Below the pieces are notes generated by a model. That model had not been told where the DNA came from and made no database searches. It saw only the letters and a program-made list of their open reading frames with translations. A stretch of 52,401 nucleotides of DNA, from the NCBI GenBank assembly GCA_002010215.1, contig MTMY01000001.1, positions 1 to 52,401 of the forward strand, written 5' to 3'. A program made the position numbers and the translations under genes. Position 1 is the first letter of the stretch; each line of letters opens with the position of its first letter. This DNA is from Archaeoglobus sp. JdFR-37. GTDB taxonomy: Archaea; Halobacteriota; Archaeoglobi; Archaeoglobales; Archaeoglobaceae. Shown one piece after another: positions 1 to 9,803 of this stretch.

Positions 1-125
1 AGTCTGTAGTGGATGGTGGAGCGGGAGATGTTGGTGAGCCTGGAGATTTCATCTAGATTGTAATTCCCATCTTCCTCGATACATTTGAGTATCTTGAGAT
101 CCTTCTCCTCAAGTTTGAGAGACAT
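1..125 (-). CDS. Lrp/AsnC-family HTH regulator, N-terminal part (runs off window), divergent from the methyltransferase operon
   Basis: Manual translation MSLKLEEKDLKILKCIEEDGNYNLDEISRLTNISRSTIHYR; GGAGGTG upstream; not in the ORF track. Confidence 0.8.
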   Translation of the reverse strand, partial: MSLKLEEKDLKILKCIEEDGNYNLDEISRLTNISRSTIHYR

Positions 126-344
126 TGACATCACCTCCTATTTTATAAACCTATAAAAGTATTGCGAACATGTATATAAATCAAACTGATTTGATTTTAA
201 CTCAAGTGAATTTTAATTTACCTAACTTTGCTGCCATCTTTGTCGGATAACATCCTAAAGTTCATCTATCTATTTGGACAATGTTCAGGTTCAGGGAAAA
301 AAATTTAAATAGAATAGTTAAACATGATTAATAGGGTGTTAAAA

Positions 345-1367
345 ATGACACCAAAAGAAAGGGTAAATAAAATTTTTTCTGGAGAAAAACCTGACAGAAT
401 TGCCTGTTTTAGTGGAATGGGGAATGTAACAGTTGAGGGATTGAAAAAATACGATTATGCATTCTACGAGATACATCTGGATGCAGAGAAGATGGCCAAT
501 GCCGCATGCACAAGCTACGAGCTTTATGGATTCGAGTGTGCAGTGACCCCCTTTGATCTAGGAATTGAGGCAGAGGTTCTCGGAGCAGAGATGAATTTCT
601 ACACCCACAAAGGTAAGGAAGATATAGTCTATCCAACAGTCAAAAAGAAGGCAATAAATGAACCAGAGGACGTGGACGTTCCTGAAAATATCGAAGAGAA
701 AGGAAGGGTTCCGGTTGTATTAAAGGCTATAGAGATAATGAAGGAGAAGGTTGGAGATGAAGTTCCAGTTGCCACGTATATTCTGGGTCCGTATACCCTT
801 GCTGGTCAGATTATGGATCTGGAGAAGCTCCTGAAGATGTCATTCAAGAAGCCAGACAAGATCGAAGAGTTACTGACCACTCTAGCAGGAATGCTGATAG
901 AGCTGGGGAGGATATATAAGGATGCAGGAGTTGACTACATTACTGTCAGAGAGATGGGAGCGCCAACTGATGTGTTGAGCCCGAGAATGTTCAAAAATCT
1001 TATCCAGCCACCTCTGAAAGATATGTTCTCTGAGCTTCCCAAGCCAACAGTTCTCCACATTTGCGGTGATACCAACCTAATAGTCGACCTCATGTGGGAG
1101 TGCGGTCCTACAGCCATAAGTGTGGAGCAGAAGAACGATGTGGCCAAGACAAGGGAGAAGCTCGGAGAGAATGCTTTGATATTCGGGAACATAGATCCCT
1201 TCGGCACCCTTGTTCAGGGTTCCATAGAGGACATCAGGAGTGCGGTGAAGAAGGCAATTGAAGGTGGTGTCAACAGCGTCTGGCCTGGATGCGATATCTG
1301 GCCAGCAGTTCCTAAAGAGAATATGATTGCCTTTGTTGAGGCTGTTAAGGAGTTTGGTAAGCTTTAA
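345..1367 (+). CDS. MtaA/CmuA-family (UroD-fold) corrinoid methyltransferase
   Basis: MTPKERV start (ORF track starts at 324); Zn-binding LHICG and C-terminal PGCD motifs; GPYTLA; next to a corrinoid protein gene. Confidence 0.85.
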   Translation: MTPKERVNKIFSGEKPDRIACFSGMGNVTVEGLKKYDYAFYEIHLDAEKMANAACTSYELYGFECAVTPFDLGIEAEVLGAEMNFYTHKGKEDIVYPTVKKKAINEPEDVDVPENIEEKGRVPVVLKAIEIMKEKVGDEVPVATYILGPYTLAGQIMDLEKLLKMSFKKPDKIEELLTTLAGMLIELGRIYKDAGVDYITVREMGAPTDVLSPRMFKNLIQPPLKDMFSELPKPTVLHICGDTNLIVDLMWECGPTAISVEQKNDVAKTREKLGENALIFGNIDPFGTLVQGSIEDIRSAVKKAIEGGVNSVWPGCDIWPAVPKENMIAFVEAVKEFGKL

Positions 1368-1391
1368 TAAAATTTTAGGGGGAGGAGACAG

Positions 1392-2063
1392 ATGGTTTCA
1401 GAAGAGAAAAGAAGGGAGATTCTCGAGAAGCTGAAGAATGGAGTTATTGAGTTTGATGAAGACCTCGTCAGAGAAGCTGCGAATGAAGCGCTTGAAGTGG
1501 GAATGGATGCTCTGGATGCAATAATGAATGGTCTCGTTGTAGGGATGGAAAAGGTGGGAGAGCTTTTTGATAAAGGCGAGTACTTCGTTCCAGAGGTTCT
1601 AATGTCTGCTGATGCACTGTATGCGGGACTGGATATACTCAAGCCACATGTGAGGAAGGAAGACATCAAGGTTTCAGGGCAAGTAGTCATTGGAGTAGTT
1701 GAGGGAGATGTGCACGACATCGGGAAGAACTTAGTTAAGATGATGTTCGAAGTGGCGGGCTTTGAAATCATCGACCTTGGCAAAGATGTGCCACTGGAGA
1801 AGTTCGTGGAGGAGTCTCTCAACTCCAATGCCGATATTGTTGCCCTCTCCGCCATGATGACTACAACGATGCTTGGAATTCCCAAGGTTATCGAAATGAT
1901 CAGGGAGAGAAACCCCAAAGCAAAGATACTGATAGGTGGAGCCCCAGTTTCAAAGGATGCTGCTGAAAAGTGGGGTGCTGATGGATGGGCACCTGATGCC
2001 ACTAACGCCGTGAAAGAAGCCATTGAGATGGTTAAGAGCCTGAAGAAAGAAGTTATGGGGTAA
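1392..2063 (+). CDS. Methyltransferase cognate corrinoid protein (MtaC/MtbC/MtoC family)
   Basis: B12-binding GDVHDIGKNLV, SAMMTTT and IGGAP motifs; N-terminal cap domain. Confidence 0.92.
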   Translation: MVSEEKRREILEKLKNGVIEFDEDLVREAANEALEVGMDALDAIMNGLVVGMEKVGELFDKGEYFVPEVLMSADALYAGLDILKPHVRKEDIKVSGQVVIGVVEGDVHDIGKNLVKMMFEVAGFEIIDLGKDVPLEKFVEESLNSNADIVALSAMMTTTMLGIPKVIEMIRERNPKAKILIGGAPVSKDAAEKWGADGWAPDATNAVKEAIEMVKSLKKEVMG

Positions 2064-2120
2064 AGAAGATAGCCGAAATAAAGGAAGGGTAAAACCATCC
2101 AATTTTTTGGAGTGGTCATT

Positions 2121-4013
2121 ATGTCTTCAAAGACTCATAAAATTATTTTTCAACCCGAAGGAAAAAGGGGTGAGTTCCCAGAAGGAACGACAATTTTGGA
2201 TGCCGCCAGAGAAGTAGGGGTGGATATTGAGGCGATTTGTGGCGGTAAGCTCACCTGCGGGAAGTGTCAGGTTATTATCGAGCAGGGAATGGAGAATCTG
2301 TCGCCCATAAAAGAGGATGAGCAGAGGCTGCTGGACAAGAGAAAGGCTGGAAAGAACTACAGGCTTGCTTGTGTAACTAAATTCTACGGAGATGTTGTTG
2401 TTTACGTGCCCGAGGAGAGCAGAGGTGGAGAGCAGATTATTCTAAAGGAAGGTGTTGAGCTTTCCGTAGCAATAAACCCTGCCGTCAAGAAATACTACCT
2501 AGAACTTTCAAAACCTCACCTGAAGGATGATCTTGGAGATCTCGAAAGAATTCTGGCAGCATTGAAGGAAGATTACGGGATAGATAACGTTGAGATAGAC
2601 TACGAAGTTCTGAAGAAGATGCCTGATGTTTTGAGGAGCGCCGACTGGAAGGTCACTGTATCGATATGGAATGATCGAGAAATCATAGATGTGGAGCCAG
2701 GTTACAGAGCGGAGAACGCCTACGGACTGGCTGTGGATATAGGGACGACCACTGTAGTTGGTTATCTAACTGATCTCAGAACTGGAGAGGTGCTGGCTAT
2801 CGATTCAATGATGAACCCCCAAGTGACGTATGGTGAAGATGTTATGTCCAGAATCACCTATGCGATGCAGTATGATGACGGGCTTGAGAAGCTCAGCCAG
2901 AAGATAATAGACGGGCTGAACAAGATTCTGGAAAACGTCTGCAATCAGGCAGGAATATCAACAGAAGAAGTGAGTGAGATGACGGTTGTGGGTAACACAG
3001 GAATGCACCACATCTTCTTGAAAATCAACCCGCAGCATATAGCTATCGCTCCCTATGTTCCAGCTCTCCACCGCTCCCACGATGTGAAGGCAAGAGACCT
3101 CGGGTTGAATATTACAAGGGGCGGTTATGTTCATGTTTTGCCCATTGAGGCAGGATGGGTTGGAGCTGATAACGTTGCAGTTCTCATTGCCACTGAGCCC
3201 TACAAACAAGATGAAATGTGCCTTGTTATAGACATAGGAACCAATGGAGAGATCGTTCTGGGTAATAAGGAAAAGCTGGTTTCATGTTCGGCAGCAGCAG
3301 GCCCGGCTCTGGAAGGAGCCCATATAAAATACGGGATGAGAGCTGCTACTGGCGCTATAGAAAAGATAAGAATCGATCCCGAAACTTTGGAGCCGGAGTA
3401 CAAGACAATTGGTGACGCTCCACCGAGGGGCATATGTGGCTCAGGTATTATAGATGCTGCTGCTGAGCTTTACAGAACGGGAATTGTAAAGAAAAACGGG
3501 AGGTTCAATCTTGACCTCGACACGCCTAGGATTAGGGAAGTTGATGGGACGCCCGAATACGTGATAGCCTGGGCTGATGAAACCTCCATTGGCCATGATA
3601 TAGTGATGACCCAGAAAGATATCAGGGAAATACAGCTTGCTAAAGGTGCAATGTGCGCTGGAGCCCAGATACTCATGAAGGAGCTGAGTGTGGACAGTGT
3701 TGACAGGGTTATCGTTGCAGGAGCCTTTGGCAACTACATAGATAAGATTTCTGCCCTGATAATCGGACTTGTTCCAGACGTTCCCATTGACAGAATAGAG
3801 TCTGTTGGCAACGCAGCAGGAGTTGGTGCAAGAATTGCTCTGATAAGCAGAGAGAAGAGGGAAGAAGCGAATGAAATTGCTAGAAAGGTAGATCACATAA
3901 AACTGGCAGTTCACCCTGACTTCGAGAAGGAGTTCTCAATGGCAATGTACTTCCCGCATATGGACAGGAAGAGATATCCAAGACATGAAGAAGTGTTAAA
4001 GATGAGAAGTTGA
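2121..4013 (+). CDS. ASKHA-type ATP-dependent corrinoid reductive activator (RACo/DUF4445) with N-terminal 2Fe-2S domain
   Basis: CGGKLTCGKC...RLAC ferredoxin motif; DIGTTT, DIGTNGE, GICGSG, AGAFG. Confidence 0.9.
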   Translation: MSSKTHKIIFQPEGKRGEFPEGTTILDAAREVGVDIEAICGGKLTCGKCQVIIEQGMENLSPIKEDEQRLLDKRKAGKNYRLACVTKFYGDVVVYVPEESRGGEQIILKEGVELSVAINPAVKKYYLELSKPHLKDDLGDLERILAALKEDYGIDNVEIDYEVLKKMPDVLRSADWKVTVSIWNDREIIDVEPGYRAENAYGLAVDIGTTTVVGYLTDLRTGEVLAIDSMMNPQVTYGEDVMSRITYAMQYDDGLEKLSQKIIDGLNKILENVCNQAGISTEEVSEMTVVGNTGMHHIFLKINPQHIAIAPYVPALHRSHDVKARDLGLNITRGGYVHVLPIEAGWVGADNVAVLIATEPYKQDEMCLVIDIGTNGEIVLGNKEKLVSCSAAAGPALEGAHIKYGMRAATGAIEKIRIDPETLEPEYKTIGDAPPRGICGSGIIDAAAELYRTGIVKKNGRFNLDLDTPRIREVDGTPEYVIAWADETSIGHDIVMTQKDIREIQLAKGAMCAGAQILMKELSVDSVDRVIVAGAFGNYIDKISALIIGLVPDVPIDRIESVGNAAGVGARIALISREKREEANEIARKVDHIKLAVHPDFEKEFSMAMYFPHMDRKRYPRHEEVLKMRS

Positions 4014-4016
4014 GAG

Positions 4017-4985
4017 GTGGTTGATTGCATGTCTAATGGCTTGTTCAGAATTGAAAAACCCCAGAAGGTTGTGGAAATCGGTGGGATAAAGGTTGGTGGG
4101 AGAGGTGAGAATCCGGTAGTTCTGGTAGGAACAATATTCTACACCGGCCATAAAATAGTGGAGAAAAGGAAGGAAGGCAAGTTCAACAGGGAGAAGGCTG
4201 AAAGCCTCATCAACATGCAGGAGACTTTCAGCGATGAGACAGGAATTCCCTCGATGCTCGATGTTGTTGCTCTCTCTGAAGAGGAGTTCAGGAAATACAT
4301 AGATTTCATTTCAGAAGTGACAGATATGCCCTTCATGATCGACGCCTGGAAGATACCCCCAAAGATAGGGGCGGCTAAATACGTTAAGGAGATAGGACTT
4401 GAAGATCGCGTCATATACAACTCCTTATCACCCTGGAGTGAAGACCTTGAGAAGGAAGTTAGCGAACTCAGAAACATCGGATTGAAGCATGGCTTAACAG
4501 TTGCCTACAACATGAGCGATCCGACGGTTGAGGGCAGAATCACGCTGCTCAAGGATTTACTGCTTCCAGCTCTGGAGAAGGCTGGTTTCGAGAACATACT
4601 GATTGACACATCAGTCCTCAACACTCCTGCCATAGCTCTGTCAGTGATGGCATGCAGGAAGATAAAAGAAGAATTCGGACTGCCTGTTGGCTGTGCACCA
4701 TCAAATGGAACCGACATCTGGAAATATCCGAGGGAGCAGTGGGGTAAGACGGGATTTGCAGCGGTTGATAGCGCAGCCCATGCAATAACAGCTTTGATGT
4801 GGAACGACTTCATTCTTTATGGTGCAATCGAGAATGCGAAGTGGGTATTTCCGGCGGTTGCTACTGCAAACTCGATACTTGCAACGTTCATATATGAAGA
4901 GAGTGGTAAGCTGCCAGAGGACGGACATCCTCTCAACAAACTCTTCCCAGAGTTTGTTCAGCAACTGAGGGGCGAGGGTAATTAG
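4017..4985 (+). CDS. MtrH-like methylcorrinoid:tetrahydromethanopterin methyltransferase (MtoA/MtgA type)
   Basis: GGRGENPVVLVGTIFY, GLPVGCAPSN and DFILYGAIENA, typical of the MtrH family. Confidence 0.85.
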   Translation: MVDCMSNGLFRIEKPQKVVEIGGIKVGGRGENPVVLVGTIFYTGHKIVEKRKEGKFNREKAESLINMQETFSDETGIPSMLDVVALSEEEFRKYIDFISEVTDMPFMIDAWKIPPKIGAAKYVKEIGLEDRVIYNSLSPWSEDLEKEVSELRNIGLKHGLTVAYNMSDPTVEGRITLLKDLLLPALEKAGFENILIDTSVLNTPAIALSVMACRKIKEEFGLPVGCAPSNGTDIWKYPREQWGKTGFAAVDSAAHAITALMWNDFILYGAIENAKWVFPAVATANSILATFIYEESGKLPEDGHPLNKLFPEFVQQLRGEGN

Positions 4986-5081
4986 AAGGAGAATTAGAGG
5001 GCTAAAGTCTTCGTTAACTGCTAGTCTGAGGACCCGATACAATATATATTTCCCTACAAACCCCCATTTATTTTAAGCCCT

Positions 5082-6179
5082 GTGAGTCTTACGGGCTTGA
5101 TCCAGGTGATAATTATGTCGAATATGGCAAGAAAGATGGCAAGGAGGTTTTCAATACCGGTAACAAAAGTAGCAATTCCCGTAATAATACCAGTAATACC
5201 GGTAGTTATAACTCTAACACTTCTCCTCTCAGGCTGTACAACCAGTTCCGTAAATGTTGTGAAGCTTTCACCTCCAGACATGCTGGAACAGATAAAGCTC
5301 GGCAAAATTGACGCATTCGTTGCCTGGGAACCTTTTCCCAGCAAAGCCGTGAAAGAGGGCTCCAGAATTTTCATGAAATCCAGTGATATATGGCCCAACC
5401 ACCCTTGTTGTGTTGTTGCCTATAGATCGGGGCAGCTTAACGATGATGTCCTTGAGGCTCTGGTCTGGGCTCATGTAAAGGCCACCAGATTTATCAATGA
5501 TGCGAAAAATAAGGAAAAGATTGTGGATTATGCATCCGACTTCACGGGCCTTGACAGAGAGACTGTAGAGATAGCACTCCAGAATATCAAATATGTGGAA
5601 TATCCCGATGAAAAAGAGTTTCGACACTACTATGAGTTTCTGAAAGAGTCTGGGATTCTCAAGAAATCCGTGACAGATATCGGATATGGAAGCGAAGACG
5701 ACTTCTTCAACGACTTTCTGAGAAAAGATATCTACTCTAAAGTGATTAGAAAGCTCGAAGAAAATCCAGATTATGTGCCTGAGAAAGTAGGATCAATAAG
5801 GTTGGGATTCATAACCGCCGACCTGCATCATCTCGCATTGTACGTGGCAATTAAAGAAGGGTACCTGAATAAGGTCTTTGAGAAGGTTGAAACGAAGCAG
5901 TTCCCCAACGGAGTGGCGATAATGGAAGCTTTCAGGCTTGGAGAGCTTGATGCGGCTTATCTGGGTGGGGCTCCTGCAACCCTGAAGAGAATAAACGATG
6001 ACATAGAAATAAGAATCGTCTCAGGAGTTAACAACGAGGGTTCTGCAATTGTTGTCAGAGGAGATATAAACAGCCCGAAAGATTTAGCTGGAAAGACCGT
6101 CGCAATCCCTGGCTTCGGCACGGTCCAAGACTTCCTGATGAGAAAAGTTCTGAGTGAGGGAGGGCTGAAGGAGAAGTGA
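5082..6179 (+). CDS. ABC transporter substrate-binding lipoprotein, SsuA/NrtA/NMT1 type, apparently circularly permuted (true start probably downstream)
   Basis: Lipobox LLSGC; IDAFVAWEPF, HPCCVV, DLAGKTVAIPG. Confidence 0.85.
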   Translation: MSLTGLIQVIIMSNMARKMARRFSIPVTKVAIPVIIPVIPVVITLTLLLSGCTTSSVNVVKLSPPDMLEQIKLGKIDAFVAWEPFPSKAVKEGSRIFMKSSDIWPNHPCCVVAYRSGQLNDDVLEALVWAHVKATRFINDAKNKEKIVDYASDFTGLDRETVEIALQNIKYVEYPDEKEFRHYYEFLKESGILKKSVTDIGYGSEDDFFNDFLRKDIYSKVIRKLEENPDYVPEKVGSIRLGFITADLHHLALYVAIKEGYLNKVFEKVETKQFPNGVAIMEAFRLGELDAAYLGGAPATLKRINDDIEIRIVSGVNNEGSAIVVRGDINSPKDLAGKTVAIPGFGTVQDFLMRKVLSEGGLKEK

Positions 6180-6934
6180 ACAAGCTTCCATCCTTCTTTC
6201 TTTTTATTTTAATCTGGTATCTATTCTCCTTTTTCCAGATAATCCCACCACCGCACACCGTCGCCATTACCTTTGCAACCCTATTTATCCACGGAGATCC
6301 TGTTCTGGGCAGAACAATTCTTGAACACTCCATTTCCAGCCTTTTGAGGGTACTGGCAGGAGCAGGCATTGCATTTCTGATTTCCATACCTCTCGGCATA
6401 TCCATGTGGTACCCCAGAGTTTATTCTCTGTTTCATCCCGCTTTGGAAATTCTCCGTCCAATCCCACCTCTGGCATGGATTCCCCTGTCGTACATATTCT
6501 TCGCTTCTTTCCCGAGGCCAACCCTCTTCGCCCAGATATTCATAGTGTTCATAGGCTCCTTTTTCCCAAGCTTTGTTGCAATATCAGACTACGCCAGAAA
6601 TACACCTTACGAATACGTGGAGCTTGCGAAGGTCTTTGGTGCGGATAAAATGAAAATCCTGAGACACATCGTCATTCCTTACTCACTTCCAGGCATAATA
6701 ACCGGGGTGAGAGTGGGGCTTGGCGTGGGATGGATGAGCATAATAGCCGCTGAAATGATTGCCACTTCCGGCTTGGGTCTGGGGTACTTCATAATGGTCA
6801 TGTACGAAGTGGGTGGGAGGGTTCCAGAAATAATTTCAGGGATGGCCATGATTGGATTGATTGGCTATGCAATGAATGCGATTCTGCTAAAGGTTGAGGA
6901 GAGGTTCCCATGGTGCTTACAGTCAGAAATGTAA
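6176..6934 (+). CDS. ABC transporter permease (SsuC/TauC/NrtB type)
   Basis: LRPIPPLAWIP, EAA-like loop ELAKVFGA, IIAAEM. Confidence 0.9.
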   Translation: MNKLPSFFLFILIWYLFSFFQIIPPPHTVAITFATLFIHGDPVLGRTILEHSISSLLRVLAGAGIAFLISIPLGISMWYPRVYSLFHPALEILRPIPPLAWIPLSYIFFASFPRPTLFAQIFIVFIGSFFPSFVAISDYARNTPYEYVELAKVFGADKMKILRHIVIPYSLPGIITGVRVGLGVGWMSIIAAEMIATSGLGLGYFIMVMYEVGGRVPEIISGMAMIGLIGYAMNAILLKVEERFPWCLQSEM

Positions 6935-7623
6935 GAAAAAGCTACGGGCAGCTTGAAGTTCTTGACAGTATCAGCTTTGAGGTAGAAGAGGGTAACTTTG
7001 CGTGCATAGTGGGTGAATCGGGCTGCGGTAAGACGACGCTGCTTAAAATAATCGCCGGAATCGAAAAGGCAGATGAGGGGGACATCCTCTATAACGGAAA
7101 GCCCATCAGGAATGAGGATATAGGCTATGTTTTTCAGGATGACAGATTGTTACCATGGCGAAACGCAATAGAAAACGTCTCCTTTGCCTTGGAAATGAGG
7201 GGGATAAAAAATAGTGATAAGGCGGAGAGATACCTAGAGCTAGTAGGTCTTAAAGGATTTGAGAGATATTACCCCCACCAACTGAGCGGAGGAATGAGGC
7301 AGAGAGTGGGAATTTGCAGGGCTCTGGCAGTGAATCCTAAGATACTACTGATGGATGAGCCCTTTGCCAGCCTTGACGCCCAGACCCGAAACAGAATGCA
7401 GACGGAGCTGCTGAGGATATGGGATAAGGACAGAAAAACTGTTATTTTCGTAACACACAGCATTGACGAGGCCGTTTTTCTTGCAGATGAGATTGTGGTG
7501 CTATCTAAGAGACCAGCAAAGGTGATAGATGTTGTCAGAATTGACATGGAGCGCCCCAGGGACAGAACGGATGAGAGATTCATAGAGTACAGAAGAAGAG
7601 TTTTGAAGCACCTATCATCTTAA
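6910..7623 (+). CDS. ABC transporter ATPase (SsuB/TauB type)
   Basis: GESGCGKT, LSGGMRQ, LLMDEPF, VTHSIDEA. Confidence 0.93.
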   Translation: MVLTVRNVRKSYGQLEVLDSISFEVEEGNFACIVGESGCGKTTLLKIIAGIEKADEGDILYNGKPIRNEDIGYVFQDDRLLPWRNAIENVSFALEMRGIKNSDKAERYLELVGLKGFERYYPHQLSGGMRQRVGICRALAVNPKILLMDEPFASLDAQTRNRMQTELLRIWDKDRKTVIFVTHSIDEAVFLADEIVVLSKRPAKVIDVVRIDMERPRDRTDERFIEYRRRVLKHLSS

Positions 7624-7670
7624 ATTATATCATACGGAAATATCAAAACAAAAAATTAAATTTAATGCTT

Positions 7671-8060
7671 TCAAACGCTCTCGACAACTTTTCTCAATTT
7701 CTCCTCAACTTCTCCGGCGATATTCCTTATAACTTCACTCTCAGAGAATCCAGCAAGAGCTGTGGGACGAATGGCTGAAACATAAGTCCTCTCGCCATCT
7801 CGGTAGACAACCACGTTGCACGGCAGAAGTAGTCCAAAGTCCTTGCTTTCTTTCAGCACGGAGTGAGCGTACGGGGGATTGCAAGCTCCGAGGATCAAAT
7901 AGTCATCAAAATCAACCCCAATTTTCTCTTTCAGAGTCTCTTTAACGTCTATTTCGCAAAGAATACCAAAGCCCTCCTGCTTAAGAGCTTCTTTTACTCT
8001 CCCAACCACTTCTTCAAAATCTCCGCTTACTTCTTTCGTAATACCCAGCATGTCATTCAC
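7671..8060 (-). CDS. DUF302 family protein
   Basis: GFGILCEIDV, ILGACNP, GLLLPCNVVV. Confidence 0.85.
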   Translation of the reverse strand: MNDMLGITKEVSGDFEEVVGRVKEALKQEGFGILCEIDVKETLKEKIGVDFDDYLILGACNPPYAHSVLKESKDFGLLLPCNVVVYRDGERTYVSAIRPTALAGFSESEVIRNIAGEVEEKLRKVVESV

Positions 8061-8186
8061 TCAGATTTTACAGCAGATATAAGTTCGGGGGATGTGTAAG
8101 GATGTGGAAATACCTCTAATATAAACCTCTGATATCAGTAACATCACAACCCATTAATACTCAGGCAACACAATCAGACTGTTACA

Positions 8187-8948
8187 TCAAACAATCTCGT
8201 CAAGCTTTCTCATATCATCCAGAAACGGGAATTTTTTCCTTATTTTCTCCTGTTCCCCAAGGCTGACCTCACCCATAATAACTTCCTGCAACTCTCCTGC
8301 TTCAACAACAATATCTCCCAGTGGGTCTACAATCATGGAATGGCCAGGATATCCGAGATCACCTTCAACACAATTAGCTCCAACAACGTAACAGAGGTTT
8401 TCAAGGGCTCTAGCCCTCAGCAGGAGTCGCCAATGCCCAATCCGCTCCCTCGGGAACTCTGCAGGCACAGCCAGAAAGTCGGCACCCATTTTGACAAGCT
8501 TCCTCGCAATTTCTGGGAACCGTATTTCGTAACACACCATCAATCCGATTTTACCTGCAGGCGTTTCCACAACCTTAAGCTCCTTCCCTGGCTTGAAGTG
8601 TTTTATTTCATCTGTAAGAACGAAGGGGAGTATTTTATGGTATTTGTCAAGTATTTCTCCCCGGTACACAACCACCACTGAATTGTAAAGCTGCTCAGAT
8701 TCCTTCTCGGCAATTCCTGCCACTATCACTATGTCCTTACGCTCCGAAAGCTTGAGGATTAAGTCCAGCTCTTCCTCAGCGCTGCCAACCAGAGCATAGT
8801 TCTCAGGGAAAAAACCGGTGTTCATAACTTCAGGTAAGACTATGACGTCTGACCTCACCTGAATGGCCCTCTTTATCAGACTGAGGGCCTTCATCAGGTT
8901 TACGTCCCTGTCCGGGGTTACCCTTAACTGCCCAACAGCAACAATCAT
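8187..8948 (-). CDS. Carbon-nitrogen hydrolase (nitrilase superfamily)
   Basis: Catalytic E-K-C triad: VLPE, YHK, VCYEIRFPE; RARALEN. Confidence 0.9.
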   Translation of the reverse strand: MIVAVGQLRVTPDRDVNLMKALSLIKRAIQVRSDVIVLPEVMNTGFFPENYALVGSAEEELDLILKLSERKDIVIVAGIAEKESEQLYNSVVVVYRGEILDKYHKILPFVLTDEIKHFKPGKELKVVETPAGKIGLMVCYEIRFPEIARKLVKMGADFLAVPAEFPRERIGHWRLLLRARALENLCYVVGANCVEGDLGYPGHSMIVDPLGDIVVEAGELQEVIMGEVSLGEQEKIRKKFPFLDDMRKLDEIV

Positions 8949-8952
8949 TCTA

Positions 8953-9252
8953 TCATTTCTCCAAGTAATGGATTATCTCTCCCTCCTTGGTCACAACCCA
9001 CCTGTTGCCTTCTCTGTGGATGCAGAAGCCCCACTCTAGGATTTCAAGATGGTAATCGAGCTGTTTCTTTGACAACTTGAGAATCTCTAATATCTCTTCC
9101 TCACTTCTTCCCTCTGCTATCAGCTTCAGGATTTTTCTCCTCACAGGGCTTGAGACTGCAATGTGATATCGGTTATGGTACTCCTTACTCTTCTCCAGCG
9201 TCCCGCTATACTGGCTCCAGCTTTCCCTATTCTTTTCGGTATTTTTGCTCAT
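8953..9252 (-). CDS. ArsR-like winged-helix protein
   Basis: SPVRRKILKLI...LDYHLEIL...VTKEG. Confidence 0.7.
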   Translation of the reverse strand: MSKNTEKNRESWSQYSGTLEKSKEYHNRYHIAVSSPVRRKILKLIAEGRSEEEILEILKLSKKQLDYHLEILEWGFCIHREGNRWVVTKEGEIIHYLEK

Positions 9253-9803
9253 GATGTTTCAACCCTCTCCTCTTGTTCTCCTGCATCTTCCACACTTACC
9301 TCCCCTACAGCCTCATATGCCCCCTGTAGTTCCTTGAGAATCAGTAGGTAGAGCAAGCAACTGAGCTTATTCAGCCACTCAACCACATATATCCCTACTT
9401 TCCCCTGATTGTTCAGCTTCACTGCCCACCGTTCAGCTCTTCTCACAACAGCCCTTGCTACACTTAAATAAGCCGTCACTTCATCCTGCTCTAAAATTAC
9501 AAAACTCTTAGGCTTTCTGATAGTGTCTTCCACTTTCCTTATGATGCCTAAAAGCTCATCAACGTCATTTTTTCTGATTTTTTCATTTCCTGAAATAAAT
9601 TCGGTGCCAACATCAAACATCTTCCTCTGAATTCTCCCCAGAATCTCCTTTGTTTCCCCTTTTGCAATGACTTTTGCAAGACCTATGAATGCGTTTGCTT
9701 CATCTACGCTACCGACACCCCAGATTATATCACTATCTTTAGGAACAAACTCATCTCTCAAAGTTCTGGTAAACTTAACAATCTTCATACTGTCATACCC
9801 CAT
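9249..9803 (-). CDS. PduO-type ATP:cob(I)alamin adenosyltransferase
   Basis: [28 protein letters not shown]; lies in the mutase operon. Confidence 0.8.
   Translation of the reverse strand: MGYDSMKIVKFTRTLRDEFVPKDSDIIWGVGSVDEANAFIGLAKVIAKGETKEILGRIQRKMFDVGTEFISGNEKIRKNDVDELLGIIRKVEDTIRKPKSFVILEQDEVTAYLSVARAVVRRAERWAVKLNNQGKVGIYVVEWLNKLSCLLYLLILKELQGAYEAVGEVSVEDAGEQEERVETS

Noticed and set aside
1364..2119. Long antisense or alternate-frame ORFs (e.g. 1364-2119, 10705-11493, 15990-16706, 19136-19852, 43241-43840)
   Set aside because: They shadow well-supported genes on the opposite strand and have no recognisable motifs
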